Part shown: positions 26,718 to 37,469 of the stretch, piece by piece
Layout: each line of letters opens with the position of its first letter
How positions within the stretch are numbered: position 1 is the first letter of the stretch
From: a virus
Reading direction: 5' to 3' (one strand)
Virus record (IMG/VR): IMGVR_UViG_3300025853_000033
Length of the DNA: 64,000 nt
Translations under genes and position numbers: made by a program
Notes under the pieces: generated by a model
Told to the model about the DNA's origin: nothing
The model's input: the letters and a program-made list of their open reading frames with translations, nothing else
Database searches by the model: none

Positions 26718-27497
26718 TTAATCTCTTAAGTCGTAATTCCATCCAACAATAGATCTTTGATTATTATCTCCAGGATAATCTTCAATATCTCCCTCATATT
26801 CAACTATAAGTTTTTCAGTATCAATCCTTTCGGCATAAACATGGTAATAACAATTTATGTCTAAACCTTCTTTTTCACTCAAATAAATTATATTATTTTC
26901 TATTTTAGTAACAATTATATTTTGATGATACTTTTTGGGAGTGATGTTAACTGTAATACTATCTTCGTCAACTAATTTTGTCCAATATTCTGGAAGATGT
27001 ATTTGATTATTATTTATCAGAGATCCTCTATGATACACTGCAGCTTCTGGTCCTTCGACACAAGCATGTGTTAATCTCCACCCTTCTTTTGTTGGGTGAG
27101 CAATATCAAAATCTTTCTTAATTGATAGAATATGTGGTCTTCCCAATACTCTGGCAACAACTTCTCCCTGAGCAATCAAATTGGATCCAACTTCTACCTG
27201 CTGATTAACTGTAAGATTATTAAATATACATGCATCACCGTCTACAGCAAGAGAATATGGACTATGATTGAATCCAGCAATTGCTCCAGGAATAAATGGT
27301 GGTTGAATAACGTCACTATTTTTTAATTTTGCAATAGCAACATTTGCCACCGTAAATGGTGGTGGTGCTCCAAAAACAGCAGGACCTTCTAAATAAGCTC
27401 CACCTCTAACTTGAGTTGGTCCCTTACCCAAAGTAAGAGTTGGATCTCCAATACCAACATATAATGTTTTTTTAACTTCCAAATCAGGTACTTTCAT
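26718..27497 (-). CDS. Tail-associated protein, paralogue of the 26030-26713 gene
   Basis: SIKKDFDIAHPTKEGWRLTHACVEGPEAAVYHRG...LPEYWTKLVD...GWNYD. Confidence 0.6.
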   Translation of the reverse strand: MKVPDLEVKKTLYVGIGDPTLTLGKGPTQVRGGAYLEGPAVFGAPPPFTVANVAIAKLKNSDVIQPPFIPGAIAGFNHSPYSLAVDGDACIFNNLTVNQQVEVGSNLIAQGEVVARVLGRPHILSIKKDFDIAHPTKEGWRLTHACVEGPEAAVYHRGSLINNNQIHLPEYWTKLVDEDSITVNITPKKYHQNIIVTKIENNIIYLSEKEGLDINCYYHVYAERIDTEKLIVEYEGDIEDYPGDNNQRSIVGWNYDLRD

Positions 27498-28084
27498 TAA
27501 AGTAGTCCTCCAGTTTTTTGCTGTCCCTCAAATAAAGATACACCTTTAGATGGTTTTAATGTTGTGCAAGAATCTGCACAATCGATTAATCCACCAAAAA
27601 AATTCAATGTTCCATTACCAACAATTTCACATACACCAGACGATATAAATTTAGCAACAGAATCACCATTAACTTCTATATTTTTTGATCTAATATTAAT
27701 TTTTTCATTAGATTCAATATTAATATATCCAGTTTTATTATTGGATCCAGTAGCAATTAAATCAATATCTCTTGCTTCTATTCTAACTCTTCCAAGAGGT
27801 GCCTGTAAGATAATATCACCATCTGAGGCTCTCAAAACAAATGATGTATTATTTACTGGACTTTCTCCACAATGTATTTGATATACTCCAGGACAACGAT
27901 TTATAGTTCCACCATTCATTATACCACTAGACATGAACATTGAATAATGCTCTGATGGTTTTCCTGGATCACCATTTCTTAGTAACATCCCCGCAAGGGT
28001 ATTATTTGGATTTATGTGACCAAATTTTATATGACCAAAATCGTTACCCAGTTCTACTGGATTATGTACTCTAGGTTTTGCCAT
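27497..28084 (-). CDS. Baseplate-associated protein (gp5 C-terminal beta-repeat-like)
   Basis: Beta-strand repeats (GDIILQAPLGRVRIEARDIDL); directly downstream of gp5. Confidence 0.5.
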   Translation of the reverse strand: MAKPRVHNPVELGNDFGHIKFGHINPNNTLAGMLLRNGDPGKPSEHYSMFMSSGIMNGGTINRCPGVYQIHCGESPVNNTSFVLRASDGDIILQAPLGRVRIEARDIDLIATGSNNKTGYINIESNEKINIRSKNIEVNGDSVAKFISSGVCEIVGNGTLNFFGGLIDCADSCTTLKPSKGVSLFEGQQKTGGLL

Positions 28085-30663
28085 TAATTAAACTTCCCCA
28101 CACAATCTACAACCGTAATTAAACCTTCTTTTTCATCATCAGTCAATTCTCTTTGATCAGATCCCAATCCATCACTGTCACCATCACCAACACTACTTAC
28201 ACAGAATATTGGATATAGTTTAGCATTATATCCTGTTTCTGACTGGATATAAATTATTGGAGTTTCAGTAAATCCACTACCAGAATTCACAATTTTTAAT
28301 CTATCTACTACACCAAATGGTCCATATTCAACTTCAATCTCAGCTCCAAAATTTGGTTCTATAACTACTTTATCTCCAGGAGAATAATTAATACCTCTAT
28401 TTTTTATATAAACATCACAAAGATATAATTTTGTTGGATAACTACCAACATTTATGGTTGGGAAAGAATTAAAGTCTGTTGATCCATTAACACCAGTTCC
28501 AGGAATAGATGTAATCCCCTTTATTGCAGCAACTTCTTCATCATATGTCAAATTGTCTGGAAGATCATTATAACCTTGACCAGTTCCTGATGCTACATTA
28601 TTTCCAGGTCCAATTAAATTCTCAGATCCAGATCCATTTAAAACTAACTTATCTTCTGGAGTAATAATTAAATCACCATCTCTTTCGGGCAAAGCAGCTC
28701 CTGGTAAATATTGTTCCCATCTACCATCTTCAGTTTTAATTATAGTATTATCTTTAGGTGCCCAAACCCTTCCATCTCCACCAACATCACCATTTGGAGA
28801 AGCTAAGTATCCACTTCCAGAATCTTCGATAACAACAGCAATAACAGTATAAGTTTCTTCTCCAGTATAGTTTATACCACCAATAGAATCTCCACTTACT
28901 CCAGAAGTACTAATAACATTATCTGCGATATTATTATTAGATAAATTGGTAGTTGTTGTTATACCAGAATCACCAGCACCAGTACCACCACCAGAACCAG
29001 TACCAGCACCACCACCAGTACCAGCACCACCACCAGCACCAGTACCACCAGTGCCACCTCTAGGTTCTTTTCTCATAATTGCTATGGCATTTGCACCAGA
29101 ACCCTTACCACAAGAATCTTCAATAGTAACAAAAGGTGCTTTAGTATAACCAGTTCCTCCAGCAATAAGATCTACACCCAACAAATCTCCAGAAGCACTA
29201 ATAATAGCATTACCTTTTGCTCCACTTCCACCACCACCCCAGAAAGTAACTGTTGGTGGTCCACAGAATATAGGTCCAATATTACAAGAATTTGCAGAAT
29301 TAACGGCAGTATTAATTAAATTGGAAAAATCAACAGCTGCTGATGCAGTATCGATCAAATCCCTACCATCATCAATAACACCTTTTGCTTGGTTTGCAAC
29401 TTGCTTTGCACCATTTAATATACTATCAAGGTCAAATGACAGTTTTGGTTTTGCACCATCAAAAATACTCCATTCAGTTGTCTCTGGACATTCTTGATCT
29501 TCTTCACAAGCAAAAAATCCAGCAATAGCCTTAATTAGATTAAGAATGCTGTCGGCAAGACTAAAAGCACCACCAATCAAACTAGATACTGAAGAAATTG
29601 CTTTATCTATGGTTTTAGACACTGCACCTAAAGTATTTCCAATTAAACTAGCAACAAAATTTTGAACAGCACAAGCAGGTACGTTGATATACCTATCAAG
29701 CATTTTTCCAAGAAAATTTCCAATCAAATACTTTAAATTACCTGTTATTTTATTAAACAAACAAGTAATAAGCTCCATTAGAGCATCATGCCCCAATTTA
29801 GCCTTATCTCTATCTGGTGGATTTATTAACTCATAGACTTTTTTTACCTTCTTATTAATCTGTTCTTCAGTAGCTTTTCTAATTTCTTTAAAAACAGATT
29901 TCAATCCCTTACTAATAAATTCAGTTGCTTTTTGTACCTTTAATCTAATCCACTCTTGTTTTTGACTAACCCACCCCTGAGCTGCATTTTCCCAAAGTTG
30001 CATTTGGTTCTGTGCTTTCTCAATATTTTGAATTAAAGCCCGCATGGACTTTGTAATTGAACCTAAAGGAATTTTTTCACAATCAGTTGGAGATGCAATA
30101 CCAAAAGCTGGTTCATCCATCATCCATTTATCGGATAATCCCCAAATATTTGGATTTAGTATAGATTCTCTAGGTTGTCCTTGAGATAAAGGCATATCAC
30201 GACCAGAAACTGTATCTTCTGGTCTGTATCCACTATAGGATGCAAAACCATCAGAGATTGGTTGTTCTTTTGGAAGTGGAGTATCCTCATTGTTTGCAAG
30301 GGTTCCCAAAATTATTGGTCCACTTTTAGTTAAAGGATTTTCCCATATTCCATAAACCCTAGTTCCTTGAGTAACACCTATCGCTAATCCAGTTCCCTTA
30401 TGACCACTACCAACAGATCCCATTCTCACTTCTGCCCAAGGAAGTTTATCATCAGAGAGTATTTTTTTACTAGGTGGGTGTACTCCTTGAATTCTAACCT
30501 TAACTCTCTTTCCCCAATTTTCTAATTGTTGAACTGAAGATAAACCTTCTTCCTGAGAATTTGTTGACCAAAAATTTCTTGGCGCAACAATTCCCTCCCA
30601 CCACCAAAAAGTGTTTTCTAAAATATTAAATGGTTGTGACAGTTCTGATCCGTATAATTCCAT
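28084..30663 (-). CDS. gp5: Baseplate hub / central spike gp5-like protein
   Basis: N-terminal OB-fold signature WWWEGIV...KRVKVRIQGVH...LPWA...GTRVYG.W; position in the baseplate module. Confidence 0.8.
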   Translation of the reverse strand: MELYGSELSQPFNILENTFWWWEGIVAPRNFWSTNSQEEGLSSVQQLENWGKRVKVRIQGVHPPSKKILSDDKLPWAEVRMGSVGSGHKGTGLAIGVTQGTRVYGIWENPLTKSGPIILGTLANNEDTPLPKEQPISDGFASYSGYRPEDTVSGRDMPLSQGQPRESILNPNIWGLSDKWMMDEPAFGIASPTDCEKIPLGSITKSMRALIQNIEKAQNQMQLWENAAQGWVSQKQEWIRLKVQKATEFISKGLKSVFKEIRKATEEQINKKVKKVYELINPPDRDKAKLGHDALMELITCLFNKITGNLKYLIGNFLGKMLDRYINVPACAVQNFVASLIGNTLGAVSKTIDKAISSVSSLIGGAFSLADSILNLIKAIAGFFACEEDQECPETTEWSIFDGAKPKLSFDLDSILNGAKQVANQAKGVIDDGRDLIDTASAAVDFSNLINTAVNSANSCNIGPIFCGPPTVTFWGGGGSGAKGNAIISASGDLLGVDLIAGGTGYTKAPFVTIEDSCGKGSGANAIAIMRKEPRGGTGGTGAGGGAGTGGGAGTGSGGGTGAGDSGITTTTNLSNNNIADNVISTSGVSGDSIGGINYTGEETYTVIAVVIEDSGSGYLASPNGDVGGDGRVWAPKDNTIIKTEDGRWEQYLPGAALPERDGDLIITPEDKLVLNGSGSENLIGPGNNVASGTGQGYNDLPDNLTYDEEVAAIKGITSIPGTGVNGSTDFNSFPTINVGSYPTKLYLCDVYIKNRGINYSPGDKVVIEPNFGAEIEVEYGPFGVVDRLKIVNSGSGFTETPIIYIQSETGYNAKLYPIFCVSSVGDGDSDGLGSDQRELTDDEKEGLITVVDCVGKFN
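28970..29060 (-). repeat. Gly/Ala/Thr low-complexity linker in gp5
   Basis: GGTGGTGAGGGAGTGGGAGTGSGGGTGAGDSG, encoded by accagtaccaccaccagc-type repeats. Confidence 0.8.
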
Positions 30664-30671
30664 TAGATTAA

Positions 30672-30887
30672 TCAGTCTTCATAAATTTTGCATTCTGAAG
30701 CATCTGGATTTTCATCACAATACATTTCAAATGCTGTTGGATCATGATGATCTTCTGGATGATTTTTATGATAAGTCTCTAAATGCTTTAACTCATCTGC
30801 AGTATGACGACGCATTTGCGGAGACAATGTTGGGTCTTGAAGCAATTCTTTATCCTTTTCAATATGATCTTCAATTGATCTTTCCAT
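30672..30887 (-). CDS. cp12: CP12 Calvin-cycle inhibitor protein
   Basis: HHDPTAFEMYCDENPDASECKIYED C-terminal CP12 motif with one Cys pair. Confidence 0.9.
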   Translation of the reverse strand: MERSIEDHIEKDKELLQDPTLSPQMRRHTADELKHLETYHKNHPEDHHDPTAFEMYCDENPDASECKIYED

Positions 30888-32201
30888 TTAACTTCCTCCT
30901 TTACTTGGATTTCTTCCAAATGAATCTCTAATTAGATTCATTTTAGTTAGACTACTACCTGGGGTAATATGGTGACATATATCACATATCATATATATTC
31001 CACTTAATTCCCTATCAGTTTCAATATTCCTTTTTGATGATTGTTCTGGAAAATCACAATAAACCAGTTGTCCAGATCTTAAAGAAAAATCTCCAGGTAT
31101 TGTAACGTCAACAGATAATGAGAATATCTTATTATAACTCATTGCAGACTGAACAATAACATCTTTTGAATTTAGATTTTCCTTTTTTCTATTTTTCAAT
31201 TGTTCAGTTTTATTGCCAGATGGAACTTGTCCAACATCCATTCTATGATAATATCTTCTAGATAATGAACCATAAAAAGAAAAATCTGGAGATATTTTTG
31301 AAAATTCTAATCCACCTTTAGTCTCTTGGTCTTCATTTTCAACATTTTTACTCACAGGATTGAATTTGTGTGTATATGGATTAAAAGTCTCCAATCTACC
31401 ACCATAAGCACCAGATTTCAAATTTTCTTGTACATCTATTGTCTTTTTAGACTTATATGATATTATTTTTGCATCATATTCTTTTGGTAATAAAGTAGTA
31501 GAATTATATATAAAAGATTTTACAACTGGACTTTTAAACAATGCATCTATAGATCTAAAATTAAAACCATTATAATTTTCAAATATAAAATATCCTGCGG
31601 TAGATTCACCTCCTTGAGGAACTCCTTTTGTTCCAATTTCACTTATTAGAGTGAAAGGTTTTTTTCCAGAACCATAAAAATTCAAAGTATTAGAAGTTGG
31701 GTCTGATATAATATCTTTTTCAGTGTTTAATATATCGGAAAGTATAGATCTAACTGAAGTAGATATCTCACCATCAAATCTTTGATAAACTTCGGATTTT
31801 AAAAATTCATTAGCAAGATATTCTTTAGATACCAAATCAATAGTAAATATTGTCTTCTCAGAGTGACTAATAATATTTCTTATTTTATTAATATATAATG
31901 CATTATTTCCACTAAAATCCAGTTTGTTATCAAAATTATCAGTAAAACTTAAATCAACCTTCTCAAATCCAGATAATTTTAATTTATATAAAACTGCCTC
32001 ACTGTTTGTAGATTCCGTACTATTTCCAGTATCTACTATAACTATAGAAAATCTAACAGTTGTATCTAAAACACTCTCAAAATAAGAAAAATCAACTATT
32101 CCAGGAGATACGTCTTGAGATCCACTACCTCTGTTTGAATAAATTAAACATTTTGTTATATTAGATGATTCTGCAGTTTGATTTGGAGTATTTACTGCCA
32201 T
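30888..32201 (-). CDS. Baseplate hub / tail protein (T4 gp27-like position)
   Basis: YFESV...GYFIFENYNGFNFRSIDAL...IPGDFSLRSGQLV...SGIYMI..ICH...NLIRDS hub-type pattern. Confidence 0.65.
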   Translation of the reverse strand: MAVNTPNQTAESSNITKCLIYSNRGSGSQDVSPGIVDFSYFESVLDTTVRFSIVIVDTGNSTESTNSEAVLYKLKLSGFEKVDLSFTDNFDNKLDFSGNNALYINKIRNIISHSEKTIFTIDLVSKEYLANEFLKSEVYQRFDGEISTSVRSILSDILNTEKDIISDPTSNTLNFYGSGKKPFTLISEIGTKGVPQGGESTAGYFIFENYNGFNFRSIDALFKSPVVKSFIYNSTTLLPKEYDAKIISYKSKKTIDVQENLKSGAYGGRLETFNPYTHKFNPVSKNVENEDQETKGGLEFSKISPDFSFYGSLSRRYYHRMDVGQVPSGNKTEQLKNRKKENLNSKDVIVQSAMSYNKIFSLSVDVTIPGDFSLRSGQLVYCDFPEQSSKRNIETDRELSGIYMICDICHHITPGSSLTKMNLIRDSFGRNPSKGGS

Positions 32202-32234
32202 TATAATTTACCTTTATAATTAGTATTTAACAAA

Positions 32235-34679
32235 TTATCCAATAGTGACATACTTTGTTTTTTCAACAACCGCTATAGTAGTTGTTGATGGTTGTTCATA
32301 GGATGCATTGGAACTAACTTTATCTGCTGTTGATTTTTTATCTGCTGTTTCTATATTTGCTTTGTTATCTTTTTTAAGTGGGTGAGTATTTACCCAATTT
32401 CCAGGATCAATTTCAGATCCTTGTGGTCCAATCTCCCAATGGACGTGAGGACCTTCACTTTTTCCTGTACTACCTACTCTACCAAGAGAATCTCCCTGTT
32501 TAAATTCCTGCCCAACTTTTAATGGGGATGGTCCAACCATGTGTCCATAAAAATGAGTCTGTCCATACACAGAATCTTTCCACTCAATATAATAACCATA
32601 TGAACGATCGTATGCAGCCCTAGTAACTTTTCCTGGTAAATAAGCATATAAAGGTGTTCCTGAAGGTGCAGCAATATCATATCCTCTATGATTGCTCCTA
32701 GTGCTTCTTCTATAACCCTTTCCAGATATTAAACTTGCATTGGCTCCCTTTCCAAAAGGACTATATGAAACTGTCAATGGAGCATTTTCTCTTCCACCAT
32801 ATGCTACAGTTCCACTAGTTCCAGATATTCTAGCAAATTTATCACTTCCAGACAGTGGTGCAGCAGAAGGAAGTGTCGATCCTGGTCTTCTTCTTCCACT
32901 AGTTCCTCTAGTTGCCCTATCAAATCTCACCCCCGTCAATCTTTCAAAAAATGAAGTAAATGCATCAGAGATTCCATATTCTTTTTTTCCAAAAACTTTT
33001 ACATCCATAAAAGCATTGTTTATTTCATCATTAAACTTACTCTTTAATGATTTAAATATTATCTTCTTTCTTTCCGTTTCAATACTCTCTACAGATCCAC
33101 CAGATGAAAGTTTTTGTGTAGTATTGAGAGGATCTCTATAAAAATCTATAATTGATGCAAAAGATTCCGATAAATCAGAGATTGATCTATCAGATGGTTT
33201 TTGTCCCAGAGACAAATCTAAACCAATAGACGCAATTTTGGATAGGAAGGTATTGTCTTTTTTCTTTAACCTTTTTGATGCTTTAGATATTCCAGTTATT
33301 AAAGAATAATTGTCATCATAAAGTTCATTTAAATTGTTTCTACCAATACTCTTTCCTGGAATAGTATCATCTGGTTTAAAATCTTTTATTGTTTTCTTAG
33401 TCTTAGTCTTATTATCTTTGACTTTTTTATTTGTACTTCCTCCACCAGACTTTGATTGAACTTCTTTAGAATCAGATCCAACAAGGACATTATAAAGACT
33501 TACGCCTATCTGATCACCAATCAATCCACCAAGCAATGAACCAATAGCTACTCCAGCAGAACCAGCAATTATATTGCCAATAAAAGGAACAACACTACCA
33601 GCAACACCACCTATAGTACCTCCTATCCAGGCACCAAGTGCTTGTCCAGCAGCAGCTCCAACTGCACCTGCAGCTGCTTTACCAAGTGGTTCCTTAAATA
33701 TAAGAGTTCTTATACCAAAATCAATAAGTGGACCAACAATTGGAATCTTGCCAGCGATTTTACCAGCAGTCTTTCCAGCAACTTTAGTAACTCCTTTTTG
33801 AACAGCTTTTTGAACACCGCTCTGAGGTACTCTTCCAGGTGCTCCTCCAGTTGGTGTTGGTGCTCCTCCAGTTGGTGTTGGTGTTCTGGACGGTCTGTTT
33901 AATCTATCTAAATTCCTTCCACCAAATCTTTCCCTAAATGCCCTATCACCATATCTTTGCCTATATCTTTGCTGAGTTCTAGTGTTTACTCTCCTACCAC
34001 TTCTATCAAAACCCTTCCTTTCTGGTCCGTTAAATCTTCTATTGAGAGGATTACTTCCCCCAGAAGAGACCATCATTGCAATTATAGCAATGTTAGCAAA
34101 TTTTGTAAAAGCACTTAAAAAGTTATTTAATTTTTTCTGAGCATCTTCACCAAAAACATTTTTAACTGTGTTTGATATTGTATCAATAGTATTATAAGCA
34201 AATTCTATTCCTGTTGCTACTTTATCAAGAATTCCAGCAGCAAAATCAAATATAAATTGACCTACTGGTTTCAAAAACTTAATTATTCCAAGTAATTTTG
34301 GTAATAATTTTACCAACCTAAGAACCAAAAATCCAGCTAATATAGAACCCAAAAATTGTTTTGCTCTATCAATTAAACTCAAACCAGGAATAAACTTTCT
34401 AAATTTATCAAATTTATTAACTTTTTTTCTACTTTCCTTTTTGTCTTCTCTAGTATTCCTTCGCGTTCTTTCAAGATCTCTTCTAGACAACTCCAATTGT
34501 CTTACATTTATTTTTATACTTTTTTTAAGTACATCTTCAATTTTTACTACATTTTCCTTTATGTTGGATATATCTTCAGCAACTTTAAAAAAACCAGAAG
34601 AATAAAAAGTATTAGATCCACTAGAAGCAGAAGGATCTTTAGATGGATTTAATAATTTTTTGGGATCTATAACTGCCAT
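32235..34679 (-). CDS. Tail/baseplate protein with C-terminal M23 peptidase
   Basis: HRGYDIAAPSGTP...HFYGHM...GSTGKSEGPHVHWE (HxxxD / HxH), preceded by a Gly/Ala-rich hydrophobic segment. Confidence 0.8.
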   Translation of the reverse strand: MAVIDPKKLLNPSKDPSASSGSNTFYSSGFFKVAEDISNIKENVVKIEDVLKKSIKINVRQLELSRRDLERTRRNTREDKKESRKKVNKFDKFRKFIPGLSLIDRAKQFLGSILAGFLVLRLVKLLPKLLGIIKFLKPVGQFIFDFAAGILDKVATGIEFAYNTIDTISNTVKNVFGEDAQKKLNNFLSAFTKFANIAIIAMMVSSGGSNPLNRRFNGPERKGFDRSGRRVNTRTQQRYRQRYGDRAFRERFGGRNLDRLNRPSRTPTPTGGAPTPTGGAPGRVPQSGVQKAVQKGVTKVAGKTAGKIAGKIPIVGPLIDFGIRTLIFKEPLGKAAAGAVGAAAGQALGAWIGGTIGGVAGSVVPFIGNIIAGSAGVAIGSLLGGLIGDQIGVSLYNVLVGSDSKEVQSKSGGGSTNKKVKDNKTKTKKTIKDFKPDDTIPGKSIGRNNLNELYDDNYSLITGISKASKRLKKKDNTFLSKIASIGLDLSLGQKPSDRSISDLSESFASIIDFYRDPLNTTQKLSSGGSVESIETERKKIIFKSLKSKFNDEINNAFMDVKVFGKKEYGISDAFTSFFERLTGVRFDRATRGTSGRRRPGSTLPSAAPLSGSDKFARISGTSGTVAYGGRENAPLTVSYSPFGKGANASLISGKGYRRSTRSNHRGYDIAAPSGTPLYAYLPGKVTRAAYDRSYGYYIEWKDSVYGQTHFYGHMVGPSPLKVGQEFKQGDSLGRVGSTGKSEGPHVHWEIGPQGSEIDPGNWVNTHPLKKDNKANIETADKKSTADKVSSNASYEQPSTTTIAVVEKTKYVTIG
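33841..33882. repeat. Perfect 21-bp tandem duplication (TPTGGAP x2)
   Basis: gctcctccagttggtgttggt repeated twice. Confidence 0.9.
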
Positions 34680-37312
34680 TACCTTACACCATAAATTCCA
34701 TAGGTTTGTATAAGCATGGATCTAGTATTACTTGGATATACTGCAGGGAAACTTGTATCAAGATCTCTCTTACCAACACTCTTTTGTGATCTTAATTTTT
34801 GAATTTCTTCATTTGCAATATGTACCACATTTACTTTGGGTTTTGGTGGGGGAGGAATGGTTTGAGTTGCCACACTCTTTTCTTTACTGATAGTTGCTGG
34901 TAAAACTTTATTAGCAGTTTGATTTATGGTAGAAGAAGTAAATTGATTTTTATTTTGAAGTGATACTTTACCAGAATCAATTCTATTTGATTCTGTACTT
35001 TGCACTATATTTTGATTTTGTTCTTGTTTGCTATTGTCAACAGAAACCATTTTTGTAAATGGTTGTATGTACTTATCTGCAGATAAAGATTTCTCAATCC
35101 CTCCAAGAGATTCTTTACCAGATAATGTCGTAGTATCTTGATTATTGATATTATTGATTACTGATGTTGATTTATTTAAAGCACTTTTATAATCCGAACT
35201 TACAAATTTATTAGTATCTATCCTATTATTCACTTCTCTATTATTGATATTGGTAGATAAATTATTAAAGATATCCCCACCAATAAAATTACTATTCCTA
35301 ATATTTTTTACATTTGATACTTGATCCGATTCAAAAGTATTATTTACATCTGCATTAAAATTATCAACTTTTTTATTAGTAGTTAAATTTAGATCAGACA
35401 AATATGAAGGATTATTTGAAGATATGTTTTGAATATTATTCACAAAATATTTTGAAATATTATTATTTTGTGAATCAAATCCCATTTGAGTTGGTCTAAT
35501 TTTACTAATATTGGAAATATTATTATTTACATTTTCAATTATACTTCTATTATTTGTAGAAGGACCTATCATTCCTCCACCAGAAGCTAGTTGTATTCCA
35601 CTTGCGATTTTAGGAGCATTTGTTCCGCCACCAGATTTATTTAAAGATAAGAAGAAATCAGAACCATACTTATTAACAGCAGAATTTGATATTACAATCT
35701 CTCCTGGTTCCAGTGCAGTAAGTTGGGTATCTTTTCCTGCACCCTTTATCCTTACACCAGTTTGATTAGTAACTTTCCCGCCAGGGAATTTCGAAATTGT
35801 TTCTTGTGGTGATTTTGGTATCTCTCCACCACCAGAATATTTTTTAGTCTCTCCCGTCTCCAATCTATAAATCTGCTCATCAATTTCTGATCCAACTCCT
35901 TGCATTTTTTGCATTGGATTCAGATTTTCTTTCTGTTTTTTTAATGCTTCTATTTTTTCTTCTTTAGTGCCAGGAGCAGATTCTGTTTTTCTCTCTTCGG
36001 AATCAACAGTACCTGGGAACAACATTGGTATAGTTGCTCCTGCTGTAAATAATCCAACCGCTGCTGCTGCTTTTGGATTCTTCTTAATCAAATTCATAGC
36101 AGCAGGTATTCCCTTCCGCAATATTGTGAAGGTTAGTTTAACCAAAGTTCCAATAACAGTTCTTACAAGTTTTCCTATTGTAGTTCCAAATAACAAATAT
36201 CCTGCAATTAAAGCAGGTCCCCAATCTTTTAAAAATCTAAGAATAGCATCAACTTTTCCCTTATTTTTAGGGTCACTCATCCATCTGAATAATTTTAATA
36301 CAATTCTTCCAAGAATTACTGTAGTTATAAACTTCAGCAATTTCTCAAATATATTTTTTACTGGTCCAAGAACCTTATTAGCTAATTTTAATGCTCCCTT
36401 ACCAATAGACTCTAATCTAGATTCATTTTTCTGCCTTTTACCCCTCTCTGAAGATTTGCGAACATTATCTATCTGTTTTTTAAATAAATCACTCTGTTTT
36501 TGCATCAATTCAAGTATGTTAGCAACAGAATCTCTGATTGCTGCAATATCTTCTGCAAATTTAGAAAAACCAGTTTGGTTTTGATTTTGCTGCTCTAAAT
36601 CTGGAGTTTTTACAGATTCTGGATTTATAATTGCACTTGATGCAAGTGTTATAGGACTTCCAAATTGATCCCTATATTTTTTATTGATTTTAAATCTACC
36701 AACAAGTCCTTTAACTCTAACATATTCATCCCTCAATAACATCTGCTCTTCTCTAGGAAGAGAATCAGTCCCCATATTAACTCTAACCAGATACTCCTTT
36801 AAAAGAGTTCTGTAAGTTGCATAGTCAATATCAAAGGTATCTTCTAGTCCAAGAATTCTCAAAATTCTTTCATCAATTTCCTCATTAACTAAATCTTCCT
36901 CACGAACACCATCATACATCCTGTCTTCTCCTTCATCTGGAGATTTATTTACAGGAACGATTGTAGAAGAATCTATCTTTTCTGTAGATTCAGTTGGTTC
37001 TTCTGGCAGTTCTATTTTATCATTATCATTTACATAATATTCCCAAAGATAAATTATGTACTTATTATATGACTCATACTCTTCTGGAGAAGATGGTCTT
37101 GAAAATTTTGGAGAAGGATAATCTTTTTCAGACTTATCCCAAGAAGACATGAATATATCAACTACTCTATCAGCATCTATATTGAATGTATTTTCAAGTA
37201 AGTATTTTGAATATTCAAGTTTAGATAATATTATAGCTCTCCACATTCCCATACGCCTACTAATGGTGGCGTATGGTATATACTCTTCAATATAGTCTGG
37301 TTTAAGATCCAT
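34679..37312 (-). CDS. Tape-measure-like / baseplate hub-associated long helical protein
   Basis: Helical amphipathic middle region and Asn-rich C-half; lies between gp51 and the M23 gene. Confidence 0.5.
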   Translation of the reverse strand: MDLKPDYIEEYIPYATISRRMGMWRAIILSKLEYSKYLLENTFNIDADRVVDIFMSSWDKSEKDYPSPKFSRPSSPEEYESYNKYIIYLWEYYVNDNDKIELPEEPTESTEKIDSSTIVPVNKSPDEGEDRMYDGVREEDLVNEEIDERILRILGLEDTFDIDYATYRTLLKEYLVRVNMGTDSLPREEQMLLRDEYVRVKGLVGRFKINKKYRDQFGSPITLASSAIINPESVKTPDLEQQNQNQTGFSKFAEDIAAIRDSVANILELMQKQSDLFKKQIDNVRKSSERGKRQKNESRLESIGKGALKLANKVLGPVKNIFEKLLKFITTVILGRIVLKLFRWMSDPKNKGKVDAILRFLKDWGPALIAGYLLFGTTIGKLVRTVIGTLVKLTFTILRKGIPAAMNLIKKNPKAAAAVGLFTAGATIPMLFPGTVDSEERKTESAPGTKEEKIEALKKQKENLNPMQKMQGVGSEIDEQIYRLETGETKKYSGGGEIPKSPQETISKFPGGKVTNQTGVRIKGAGKDTQLTALEPGEIVISNSAVNKYGSDFFLSLNKSGGGTNAPKIASGIQLASGGGMIGPSTNNRSIIENVNNNISNISKIRPTQMGFDSQNNNISKYFVNNIQNISSNNPSYLSDLNLTTNKKVDNFNADVNNTFESDQVSNVKNIRNSNFIGGDIFNNLSTNINNREVNNRIDTNKFVSSDYKSALNKSTSVINNINNQDTTTLSGKESLGGIEKSLSADKYIQPFTKMVSVDNSKQEQNQNIVQSTESNRIDSGKVSLQNKNQFTSSTINQTANKVLPATISKEKSVATQTIPPPPKPKVNVVHIANEEIQKLRSQKSVGKRDLDTSFPAVYPSNTRSMLIQTYGIYGVR

Positions 37313-37469
37313 TCTGCTGCTGCTTTAATTTTTCTTCTTCAAGATGAGCCGCTAATAGAGCAACATAAACATCTCTCTCCCATGGAATCAGATTTTCAAT
37401 TTCAGTTAATGAGTATTTATGGTATTGTAAGAGAGCAAAATTTAATTTATAATAATTCTCCAAATCCAT
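37302..37469 (-). CDS. gp51: Baseplate hub assembly catalyst, 55 aa (below track cutoff)
   Basis: Hand translation MDLENYYKLNFALLQYHKYSLTEIENLIPWERDVYVALLAAHLEEEKLKQQQNGS; directly after gp26. Confidence 0.85.
   Translation of the reverse strand: MDLENYYKLNFALLQYHKYSLTEIENLIPWERDVYVALLAAHLEEEKLKQQQNGS

Noticed and set aside
35967-36584. Long plus-strand ORFs antisense to structural genes (35967..36584, 32740..33141, 37836..38309, 44158..44634 and similar)
   Set aside because: No recognisable motifs, SD or promoter; consistent with shadow ORFs produced by codon bias on the coding strand.
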